This document shows positions 50,855 to 62,440 of a stretch of 64,000 nucleotides of DNA, one piece after another. Position 1 is the stretch's first letter. Each line of letters begins with the position of its first letter. Origin of the DNA: Octopus bimaculoides (taxonomy: Eukaryota); the NCBI RefSeq assembly GCF_001194135.2, contig NC_068993.1, forward strand, positions 15,836,383 to 15,900,382. The letters run 5' to 3'. The notes under the pieces are model-generated. The model had not been told where the DNA came from, made no database searches, and was given only the letters and a program-made list of their open reading frames with translations. The position numbers and the translations under genes are program-made.

Positions 50855-51010
50855 GTTGTAAGAAGTTTGCTTCCCATTTACATGGTTCTGGGTTCAGTCC
50901 CATTGCGAGGCACCTTGAGTAAGTATATTCTACAATAGCCTTGGGCTGACGATGCAAGTTTTGCAAGTGGATTTGGTATACGGAAACTTAAAGAAGCCCA
51001 TCGTATATAT
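50855..51010 (+). mobile_element. Family-B SINE, 5' half
   Basis: CATGGTTCTGGGTTCAGTCCCATTGCGAGGCACCTTGAG...GGAAACTTAAAGAAGCCCATCG. Confidence 0.85.
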
Positions 51011-51121
51011 GTGTACGTGTGTGTGTGTGCATGAGAGAGAGAGCGTGTGTGTGCGTGTGTGTGTATGCGTGAGAGAAACTCTGTATGCATGTGCATGTGT
51101 GTGTGTTTATATATATATATT

Positions 51122-51210
<89 letters not shown>

Positions 51211-51589
51211 GTGCGGCTTTCAGCTTTTATCTGTTCAAAAAGGTTTCTTAACGTGTGATGGGGTGGTAAGTGTGTGTGCGGGCGGGTCGACGTATTTTAG
51301 TGTGTATGCGTGTGGCGGGAGCGAGTGTGTGTGTTCATATGTGTATGAACGTGGGTATTGCACTAGCATGCACACATGTTCATACACGTATCAAGAAATA
51401 CACAGTATAACTCTCCGGATGTTCACTCTCTCTTACGATCATCAGCGGATGTGTAATTTCATTGTTAGTGTGCACAGCGAAGTGTTCTTCCTTGAATCAT
51501 TCAGTAAATTCATTAAAAAAAAAGTATATATTTTTTCATAGTCCAGTGTGATTCGTTAAAAACGCAACACAATGGTGTCTTTAGGTTGC

Positions 51590-51639
<50 letters not shown>

Positions 51640-51711
51640 TGACAACAAAAGAATGAATGAGACCTTGATATTATGTAAATAGAGGAATTTATATATAAAT
51701 GCATAATATAG

Positions 51712-52766
51712 AGCAATCAGTGTTTTCTTCTCTGGCCTTGGTCCGACCAAATCCTTCTGAGTGGATTTAGTAGATGGAAACTGAAAAAACAACCTGTCGT
51801 ATGTATGTGTGTGTCCCTGTATGACAACTAACTGATTGCCCTATATATATATATATATATNNNNNNNNNNNNNNNNNNNNNNNNNNNNNNNNNNNNNNNN
51901 NNNNNNNNNNNNNNNNNNNNNNNNNNNNNNNNNNNNNNNNNNNNNNNNNNNNNNNNNNNNNNNNNNNNNNNNNNNNNNNNNNNNNNNNNNNNNNNNNNNN
52001 NNNNNNNNNNNNNNNNNNNNNNNNNNNNNNNNNNNNNNNNNNNNNNNNNNNNNNNNNNNNNNNNNNNNNNNNNNNNNNNNNNNNNNNNNNNNNNNNNNNN
52101 NNNNNNNNNNNNNNNNNNNNNNNNNNNNNNNNNNNNNNNNNNNNNNNNNNNNNNNNNNNNNNNNNNNNNNNNNNNNNNNNNNNNNNNNNNNNNNNNNNNN
52201 NNNNNNNNTATATATATATATATGTATGTATATATATATATATATATATTGTTGTGGAGTGAACTGATACAGTCGCACAATGTGACTCTCAGTGGACTGG
52301 ACGAGTCTTATAAATAGATGAGCCAGGAGACAGTTGAGGTCGAACTGTGAAAGCGTTAGTCTCGTTATTGATTTTGCGTGATCTGTTATAAGATAACCAA
52401 CTCTTGTTCCATTGCTTATTGGTATACGGTTATATTGTTACACACTCTCACATCATATATCCTCACTGACGATATAACATAAATATATGCGGGTGTGTGT
52501 GTTTGTGTGTGTGTGAGTGTGTGTATGCGTGTGTGTGTATGTGCGTGTCTGTGTGTTTGTATCTGTGTTTGAACCTTCATCACAACCGTTGCTGCTGTGT
52601 TTACCTCCCCGTTATCTTGCGGTCCGGCAAAACGAACCGATAAAATAAGTACTAGGCTTAAAAAAATAATAATTTGTGGGGTCCATTCGTTCGACCAAAA
52701 CCTTTCAAAACGGTGCTCCAGTATGGCCGCATTCAAACTGACTGAAACAAGTCAAAGGATAAAAGA
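51712..52766 (+). mobile_element. Family-B SINE split into 5' part (51712-51805) and 3' part (52550-52766)
   Basis: Both halves are on the same strand and in the correct order, separated by microsatellite, a gap and a candidate solo LTR. Confidence 0.6.
52250..52479 (+). mobile_element. Candidate solo LTR, 230 bp
   Basis: Starts TGTT and ends AACA (4-bp terminal inverted repeat); internal TATAAATAG then CAGTT; flanks TATAT/TAAAT (4 of 5 match); embedded in (TA)n. Confidence 0.45.
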
Positions 52767-53814
52767 ATATATGTGTGTATGTGTGTGTATTCAGGTACAT
52801 ATTTATCAATATTGCCGTAAACTGAAACGTACTGATCGCCATGATGCGGAGAAGAAAAAGCTCGTAGCTACATCGAAAATACATTTTAGCTTACAGGAGG
52901 TCTTCTTAATATGCATATCGGCGTTAGCTTACGACTAAGAGGAAAACATGAGATTAACATATTAAAACATTCACAGCAATGACGAATGTTTTGTGTTTGT
53001 TTCGTATAACACCTCGTTGTATAAAGTTAAACGCAGGAGATAATCACCATGTTTGCGAGTTTTGATATTATTCCAATTTTCAACACATTTAAATGCCTTA
53101 TCAGAGCTAACTCGATAAGGCGAATAAACAGCTTATAACCATATAGAAAAGGTACTTAACTGACATATGAATGTTCTAATTTGCATATATCTGTTAGTAA
53201 TTTGCAAAGTTTGCGAATACAGAATCACAATATGAACAATTTAAGACGCATTAAACCTATTTATTTGGAGATAATATAATAAAATTATGTATACAGGTGT
53301 ACGTATGTGTATATATATATATATATATATNNNNNNNNNNNNNNNNNNNNNNNNNNNNNNNNNNNNNNNNNNNNNNNNNNNNNNNNNNNNNNNNNNNNNN
53401 NNNNNNNNNNNNNNNNNNNNNNNNNNNNNNNNNNNNNNNNNNNNNNNNNNNNNNNNNNNNNNNNNTATATATATATATATATATATATATGGGAGTAGTG
53501 TTGCTGGTGATGATGAAGGATGTTGTGATAAATGATGATGGTGGTGGTGGTATGGTGGTGGTGGCAGCGGTGGTGATGGTGATGGTGTAATTCCATCAAG
53601 TACGATGAAGGTTCACTAATTTCATCAACGACATTATTCGTTCCTGAATTAACGAAAAAGTGTTTGAGTATTCCTCAAACATGTGCAACTTTGAAGTAAT
53701 TTTATTTGCAACATTCTTGATGTGAAAATGCATGTTGAAACAAATTGTGTTGCATATTGTTTATCTCAATGATAAACACACACGCTGGTTTAATTTCACT
53801 TCTATATTTTAGCC

Positions 53815-53950
53815 AATAGGTGTGCTTCCCAAGTTCCGGTTCGTTCCCATTCTGTGGTACCTGAGGCAAGTGTTTTCTTCTATAGCCTGGATCCGACCAA
53901 ATCCTTCTGAGTGGATTTAGTAGATGGAACCTAAAAAAAAATTCCTGTCG
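53815..53950 (+). mobile_element. Family-B SINE, 5' half
   Basis: GGTACCTGAGGCAAGTGTTTTCTTCTATAGCC...GTGGATTTAGTAGATGGAAC. Confidence 0.82.
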
Positions 53951-54038
53951 TATGTGTGCACGTATGTGTGCACGTATGCGTGCACGTATGTGTGCACGTA
54001 TGTGTGCACGTATGTGTGCACGTATGTGTGCACGTATG
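53951..54038. repeat. 12-bp minisatellite (TATGTGTGCACG) x about 7
   Basis: Direct reading. Confidence 0.95.
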
Positions 54039-54106
54039 TGCGTGTGTGTGTGCACGCTTCTGTATTATATGTATGTATGTGTGTATGCATGTATATGTAT
54101 GTATAC

Positions 54107-54430
54107 AACGTGTTTTTTAGTGGTTAGGCGTATTCGGCTTACAATCGTAAGGACGTTAGTTCTATTCCCGGTGGCGCGTTCTCTCTTGAGCAAGACACTC
54201 TATTTCACGCTGCTCCATTCCCACCAGTAGGCAAAAAGGAGTTGTACCTGTAATTCAAAACGGCCTGCTTTGTCACATTCTGTGTCACGCTCAATGTGTA
54301 TGAAAGCTACGTTAAGGTTTCACGTGCTTGCGGTGCGATCAGTCACTTGCACGTTAATTTCACGAGCAGGCTGCTCCGTTGAATCGGATCAGCTGTAACA
54401 CTAGTCGTCGTTACCGACGGAGGGCCAGTC
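54107..54430 (+). mobile_element. Older SINE with family-D core and family-A tail
   Basis: CTTGAGCAAGACACTCTATTTCACGCTGCTCC followed by GTTGTACCTGTAATTCAAA...CACTTGCACGTTAATTTCACGAGCAGGCTG. Confidence 0.85.
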
Positions 54431-54623
54431 ATGAGTGAGTGTGTAAAGCATTGCCAGCTCTTTGTGAAAAAAATGTCAGAAATTAAAATATTCTTAATTT
54501 TGTTTACATGAGTCTGGAGGTTGAACAAAGAGTTTTGGGAGTGGCCAGATACGAGGTTTCTTCACCCGACTGATGTTTTGAATCTGTAATTACGTGTATG
54601 TGTTTGTGTATATAATCATACAA

Positions 54624-54669
<46 letters not shown>

Positions 54670-54884
54670 TGAATGCTTAAAGAAAGGTCAAATGGGCTTC
54701 TTGGAAGATTGTTTTTTTAAGCAGTTTAGGTGTCAACTCTGTTCGCAAGATCCAGCTGTTTATTGACTTCATTGTGTATAAAGAAGAGACAGTTGTTTGT
54801 CGAAAAATGAAACAAAGGACAAATAATTTCTGGGATGGATGTTTTGATGATAAATTTGTCCAGAGATGTCTAGCTATTTATTGG

Positions 54885-55190
54885 TGGAGGCTTATTGATG
54901 TGGTTTAGTGGCTTAGGGTATTTGGCTCATGATTGTAACGTCCTGAGTTCGATACCCGAAGGCGCGTTGTGTTCTAGAGCGAGACACTTAATTTCACGTT
55001 GCTCCTGTTCAAATAGCTGACAAAAACCAGTTGTACCTGTAGCTCAGTGGACCACCCTGGAGGCATTCGGTGAAAACTATATTAGGAGTACTCCTATTTG
55101 TGGAGTACTCCAGCACTTGCACGAGAAGGGTGTTCCAGTCGATCGGATTGACTGGAACACTTGTCGTCGTCGCAACCGACGGAGTACTAG
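54885..55190 (+). mobile_element. Older SINE with family-D core and family-A tail, more diverged
   Basis: GAGTTCGATACCC B box, GAGACACTTAATTTCACGTTGCTCC core, tail CGCAACCGACGGAGTAC. Confidence 0.8.
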
Positions 55191-55291
55191 TTGATTATTA
55201 ACTCCAATAAACAATTTCCTTTGTGGGTAAATGAAGTCTTTAAAATTTGCTCAAGATATTGCGAGCGGGAATTTGGAGGGTTCTATATACA

Positions 55292-55329
<38 letters not shown>

Positions 55330-55448
55330 TATGTGTGTGTGAATGTGTGTGTGTGTCTGTGTGTGTGTGTGTGTGTGAGGTGACTGTTAAAACTTATTCT
55401 AACCAACAGTCCGTTTAGTGGCGTCGATAATAATATAAATATCTTACA

Positions 55449-55800
55449 GTGAAGACGTATGGTTCAGTGGCTAGAGCGTCAGGCTTACAAACATGAGGTA
55501 GTGACTTCAATTTCTGGACCAGGCTGTGTGTTGTGTTCTTGAGCAAGACACTTTATTTCACGTTGTTCCAGGTCATTCACCTATAGATATGAGTTGTGAC
55601 GCCACTGTTGCCAAGTTGAATCAGCCTTTGCCTTTCTTTGGATACATCGGTGGTGTGGATAGGGGAGACTGATATGCACGGGCGACTGCTGGGTTTTTTC
55701 CTAAGCAACCTTGCCCAGACTTTTGCCTCGTAGGGTAACTTTCTAGGTCCAGTCCCATGGTCATTCATGACCAAATGGGGGCTTTACTCCTTGCCCTTTA
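55449..55800 (+). mobile_element. SINE with family-D core and a third tail type
   Basis: Head TGGTTCAGTGGCTAGAGC, core TGTGTTCTTGAGCAAGACACTTTATTTCACGTTG, tail unlike families A and D. Confidence 0.75.
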
Positions 55801-56474
55801 ATATCTTGGAATGGAGTACTGCAAATCACCTCACCACTACCAAGTCCCTCTCAAACAGAAGCGTAGTCTAGTCTGAACGAGTAAAAGTGATACATAGAAG
55901 GGAAAAGATCGATCCTCCCTGAGAATATGAAGGGCACTTTGACTTCAGTGGAATTTTACTGCAACAGGCAAAAATGAAGATCAATTGCTGTGTGGAGCTG
56001 TAACAAATCTATGAATCGTTCGTCATAAATTTATATATTAATATAGCACTATTACAAACATTAATCGACATTCAATTAAAAACTTTCTATACATCAGTAA
56101 ATGGAATTTATGCTAGAAAATGTTCCGGAAACTGGTAAGGAACGACAGAAATTTAAACGCAGGATCAAAGACAAAAACAAAATTCAGGGATAATTTAACG
56201 TAAACATTTTTAACGCAATAAATTACTATGTCAATACGAGAACAACAATGAGAAGAACATTTTGATTTTCTGATACTGCCGCAAGATCTGCTGGATTCAC
56301 TGTTTTTAAATTTATTCAGAGTTATGTACAAGTAAACATACGTAGAATTACGTCGATCATAAATGTAGTGAAACTGCCAGTCGTAGTGGTTGGCAGACGT
56401 CGTTGGATTAGATTAATACTTTATGATATTCAGTGCTTATATTTAGTTTGTTCGTTACTATTAATGCTTTTTCG

Positions 56475-57065
<591 letters not shown>

Positions 57066-57664
57066 AGAATATAACTTTATATAACAGTACATTAAGCAGT
57101 ATGCGACTGCAGATTATACGTAAATATAAGCTTTTATATTTGTATGAGTATCTATATACGCATATGAGATTAAAGGCATTATAGGCCTATAGACACACTT
57201 GCGTTATGTTATACAAATATTCTCATACGTAGAGCACACATATATACACATACATATATGCATATATGCGTTCACACACACATATATGCACAATAACGTT
57301 ATATTCAATCAGTTAAGCCCGACTTTATGCGGCATACAGTGCGGTTGTAGCGTTTAAACTGCTGTCACAATATATATTAGAAACTTCAATTATATATATA
57401 CATATATACATTTTTGTAACTTCCTGTACCCAGATATGCATCTATATATATATATATATACATGTAGATGTAGGTATGTACATACATATACGTATATATG
57501 CATATACTCACATATTATTTGTATTATATACATACTTATATATANNNNNNNNNNNNNNNNNNNNNNNNNNNNNNNNNNNNNNNNNNNNNNNNNNNNNNNN
57601 NNNNNNNNNNNNNNNNNNNNNNNNNNNNNNNNNNNNNNNNNNNNNNNNNNNNNNNNNNNNNNNN

Positions 57665-57697
<33 letters not shown>

Positions 57698-59091
57698 TAC
57701 ACACACACACATCACTCTATGTGTATGTGCTGATCAATGCTAAAATATAATTAACTATTGAACCTTTTAGTAAAATGTACATCGTTGCTTTTATTCTTCA
57801 TTCTTCATGCCGCCTACTTGTTGTTCTTCCTCTTACTCCTGCTACAGTTGTTGCTATTGTATTGTTATTCACATTGCAATAGCTAACGGTGTTGTTGTTA
57901 TTTTTGTTGTTGAAATTACCGTTGTTGTTGTGGTTGTTGTTGCTGTTGTTGTCGTTATTGTATTGGAAAGTTATTTATTTCGCATTTACTTTCTGTTGTC
58001 TCCTTTTGTTAGTCATCACGCTATTTATTTTTAAATATATATTCTTATTTACTGGTGTTTTTTTCGCCCATTTTTTTCTTTGCTGTTTATTATTTACGTT
58101 TTATTTTATTGATTATAACTGACCTTTTTCTTCCTATGTTAAAGGAATAAATATTTTCTCTCAGTGGTTTTATTCATTTATTTTTTGTGTGTGTGCATTT
58201 ATAATGTTTTAAAAAGTTTATGTTTTTACTATTCTCCAGGTTTTTGTTATTATTGTTCTCGTTATTGTTGTAGTCTTTATTCTTTCTCTTGATAATGCTG
58301 GCAACAGCAGTGACTTTTGTTGTAGTTATGATAGTGGGGGAAATGCCGAGGTAATAGTAATGGTGGTTCCAGTCAGTTGTTGCTGGGGTTGTAATGAGTG
58401 TTGAAATTGCATAAGCGAGGCTTTTAATAATATCGTGCAAGTAGAGTTAGTATTGTAATCGTTTGGCAGTGAAAAAAATTAGTAAATGTTATGAGGCTGA
58501 GGAATGTTGTATATATAATTCCTAAGAGATGCTGTTGCGTTTCTTAAATCCAACTGGGATTGATTCGGTAGATGTAGTTTCTTTCGATTGTGGAAACTAT
58601 ATTGTGGAGGAGGATTTGCTTAGCAAATGATTTGGTATGAAGCCGTATGTTGAAAACAATTACAGCGCGGAAGACACTAGCAATTCAAATACATACAAAA
58701 GATGTTAAGTTCATTGAAACATTTATTATTTGCTGCCAAACCTTTCGTCGTACCAGCAGAGACATATTTACTGAAAAGGTTCCACTGCAATGGCCACCGG
58801 GCCAAAGGGTCTTACTGGATGTGTGTGTGTGTGCGTGCGTGCATGTGTATATACGTATATATATATATGTATATGTATATCTGACTATATATCTATATAT
58901 ATGTGTATTCATATATATATATATATATATATATATANNNNNNNNNNNNNNNNNNNNNNNNNNNNNNNNNNNNNNNNNNNNNNNNNNNNNNNNNNNNNNN
59001 NNNNNNNNNNNNNNNNNNNNNNNNNNNNNNNNNNNNNNNNNNNNNNNNNNNNNNNNNNNNNNNNNNNNNNNNNNNNNNNATATATAAGGAA

Positions 59092-59143
<52 letters not shown>

Positions 59144-59922
59144 TTTCTTGGAGGGAATTCATAAATGTTTCAATGAATGGCTACGCGCGTTTCCACAGTT
59201 CATGTGTCCCTTAAGATCATAGTACTTATTCTTGAGATGATAATATTACATTCTGCCGTATCCTGGACATCATGGGGATCATGTTCATGCAGTCATTTCT
59301 CCAGGCGATATGATACTAATTGATGTTTATCTGAATATTGCTTATTAATTTTGATCAAAGCAAGGGTTGATTGGGGCATTTGGGTATTTCTGTGTGTATT
59401 TAGTGGGCAGGAATAGAAGCTGATGGAAAGGAACAAAGGAATTGTAGTAAAAGGAGATGGTGGTGTATGTGGTGGTGTTGAACTTATTTCTATATTTGAG
59501 TATGCAGATATCAGGATGAGTAGTATAGATTTTTGGTTTGACCTTATTCGCAGCATTTATTTCCCTCAATGAATTCAAGAGTACTAGAGTCAGTAGGTAC
59601 AGTTCTTCAGTTTCTGCAGTTCATTCTCTAATAGACACTGACTAATAGACACTCCGATGTTATCAAGTGAACATAAAAGCAAAGCATCATTCATAGAATT
59701 TGAAAAAAAAATCATTTTGAAACAGAAAAACACTACCGGCCTTTAACATATAACAGAACGACAGAACATATAAACAACTAAACAATTTGACATACATGTG
59801 TGGGGGGTGCGCGAGCGCGTGTGTGTCCGTCGGCGCGGGCGTGTACTCATAGACATTCATAGACTGAGTTACAGAGAAGATTCGCAACCACATAGTTGTG
59901 CTTTCAGTCAGAGCTCGGCAAC

Positions 59923-60000
59923 TAGAGTATTTTTACTATAGCCTCGATCATACGAAAACAATTTGTGAGTGGATTTGGTAGACGGAAACTGAAAGATGTA
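59923..60000 (+). mobile_element. Family-B SINE fragment
   Basis: TACTATAGCCTCG...GTGAGTGGATTTGGTAGACGGAAACTGAAAGA. Confidence 0.8.
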
Positions 60001-60005
60001 TGGCG

Positions 60006-60178
60006 TGCCTTTGTGAGGATCTTTTTCAGTGATTTTGGTTGTTTGTGGCTTTTGATGATTTTGTGGGTGTGTAAAATTTCTTTTAATTTGGGGTCCTTAT
60101 GTAGCATTGGTATGTTTTGGGTGATGATGGTGAAGGCTTCTTTGTTTCTGGGATTGTATGTGGATATGTACGGCAGTA
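60006..60178 (-). mobile_element. Penelope-like element ORF fragment (RT-to-endonuclease linker), left arm of palindrome
   Basis: Intact frame LPYISTYNPRNKEAFTIITQNIPMLHKDPKLKEILHTHKIIKSHKQPKSLKKILTKA, matching the PLE linker pattern P...TY/HNP...N...L..DP.L.......QP..LK.ILT.A. Confidence 0.82.
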
Positions 60179-60375
60179 TAACAAACATTCCCCGAAAGTA
60201 CTGCCGTACATATCCACATACAACCCCAGAAACAAAGAAGCTTTCACCATCATCACCCAAAACATACCAATGCTACATAAGGACCCCAAATTGAAGGAAA
60301 TTTACACACACACAAAATCATCAAAAGCCACAAACAACCAAAATCACTGAAAAAGATCCTCACAAAGGCAAAATT
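60179..60375 (+). mobile_element. Penelope-like element ORF fragment, right arm of palindrome, runs into gap
   Basis: Same peptide as the left arm with a 1-nt deletion after KEI. Confidence 0.82.
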
Positions 60376-61033
60376 NNNNNNNNNNNNNNNNNNNNNNNNN
60401 NNNNNNNNNNNNNNNNNNNNNNNNNNNNNNNNNNNNNNNNNNNNNNNNNNNNNNNNNNNNNNNNNNNNNNNNNNNNNNNNNNNNNNNNNNNNNNNNNNNN
60501 NNNNNNNNNNNNNNNNNNNNNNNNNNNNNNNNNNNNNNNNNNNNNNNNNNNNNNNNNNNNNNNNNNNNNNNNNNNNNNNNNNNNNNNNNNNNNNNNNNNN
60601 NNNNNNNNNNNNNNNNNNNNNNNNNNNNNNNNNNNNNNNNNNNNNNNNNNNNNNNNNNNNNNNNNNNNNNNNNNNNNNNNNNNNNNNNNNNNNNNNNNNN
60701 NNNNNNNNNNNNNNNNNNNNNNNNNNNNNNNNNNNNNNNNNNNNNNNNNNNNNCACCTCCTAGATTTCGATTATCTCCCCTATACCGGAAGAAATCCCTA
60801 ATTACCTCCCCCTATCTAGAACTCTTCTTTCTCAGACTGGAGCGAACACGACACAATGAAGTAGAGAAATTTGAAAAGACAACACGAAACCGGTTATTTC
60901 TCAAAATACAATGTTTATATACCAAAAAGATTTTATAACATTTTTCTAACATTTTTCTAACATTTTTCTGACATAATTTAAATATATACTTTAACCAAGT
61001 AACACAAGCCTTCTGTAGTTTTTTCACTTTTAT

Positions 61034-61073
<40 letters not shown>

Positions 61074-61312
61074 CGCATTCATTAATTGTTTAGCTTTACA
61101 TACATCCCATCAGACTCTAATCTTTTGAACGGTCTTAGTAGAGTAGAGTATCAGTGGTCATATCGTTCTATATTTTCGAGAGACTAACCTGCTTTCGTGA
61201 ATATGCCGGCCAGCTATTTGACACAAACTACGTGGTCTTTGAAGAAACAGACTTGCCGGAGAGCGAAACGGATCGTCAGTAAATCGTATATATACACATA
61301 CATGTGTGTTTG

Positions 61313-61353
<41 letters not shown>

Positions 61354-61826
61354 NNNNNNNNNNNNNNNNNNNNNNNNNNNNNNNNNNNNNNNNNNNNNNN
61401 NNNNNNNNNNNNNNNNNNNNNNNNNNNNNNNNNNNNNNNNNNNNNNNNNNNNNNNNNNNNNNNNNNNNNNNNNNNNNNNNNNNNNNNNNNNNNNNNNNNN
61501 NNNNNNNNNNNNNNNNNNNNNNNNNNNNNNNNNNNNNNNNNNNNNNNNNNNNNNNNNNNNNNNNNNNNNNNNNNNNNNNNNNNNNNNNNNNNNNNNNNNN
61601 NNNNNNNNNNNNNNNNNNNNNNNNNNNNNNNNNNNNNNNNNNNNNNNNNNNNNNNNNNNNNNNNNNNNNNNNNNNNNNNNNNNNNNNNNNNNNNNNNNNN
61701 NNNNNNNNNNNNNNNNNNNNNNNNNNNNNNNNNNNNNNNNNNNNNNNNNNNNNNNNNNNNNNNNNNNNNNNNNNNNNNNNNNNNNNNNNNNNNNNNNNNN
61801 NNNNNNNNNNNNNNNNNNNNNNNNNT

Positions 61827-62042
61827 TTTTGTCCGCCACTACATTCCTCCATGGCTAGATTTAATTTGCGTATACAAATTTAATCTGCGATCCATGGGAC
61901 GAGCCGTCTTAGCGATGCGTCCTGCCCAAGCTCGTCGAAACGCCGGTGTTAAAACGTGGGTGGCTGATGAAGGAGATGTTCTCTATGTGGCTCGTGTGTT
62001 CTCGTCTACGTTTGTTTGCAATGTCCTGTACCCAGATATGCA
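61827..62042 (+). mobile_element. Family-E-related repeat
   Basis: CTGATGAAGGAG at 61964 and shared terminus GTCCTGTACCCAGATATGCA. Confidence 0.45.
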
Positions 62043-62114
62043 CCTATACATACAGGTGGATGTCGGTATGCACATACCTGTACGTATATATGCATATACT
62101 CATTTACCATTTGT

Positions 62115-62153
<39 letters not shown>

Positions 62154-62179
62154 GACGTCCATTTATATTTATATATATA

Positions 62180-62268
62180 CGACGGGATTCTGCTCAAGGT
62201 TCCATGCAGTGGAACTGAACCTCGAACCATGTGTTTGGGAAGCAATCGTCTTACTACATAACCACGTC
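62180..62268 (-). mobile_element. Internally deleted family-B SINE head
   Basis: CGACGGGATTCT joined to CAAGGTTCCATGCAGTGGAACTGAACC...ACCATGTG. Confidence 0.75.
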
Positions 62269-62289
62269 TGTATTATTTATCTAGATTTC

Positions 62290-62440
62290 ATCACAACTCA
62301 TCGATCTCCAAAGTATGAAACGCAAAGTCGCCATTGGTGAAATTTGAAATCAGAAAGCAGAAGTGTGGAAGTGAACAGTGTAAGGATCTTATCGAGGTGA
62401 ATTTTTGTTGCCGCACCGTGTGTGCACTGGTGGTATCGAT
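62290..62440 (-). mobile_element. Degenerate family-C SINE
   Basis: ATCGATCTCCAAAGTATGAAACGCAAAGTCGCCATTGGTGAAATTTGAAATCAGAA resembles the family-C core. Confidence 0.55.

Noticed and set aside
59345-59620. Overlapping 77-105-codon minus-strand frames
   Set aside because: No RT, endonuclease or other motif identified
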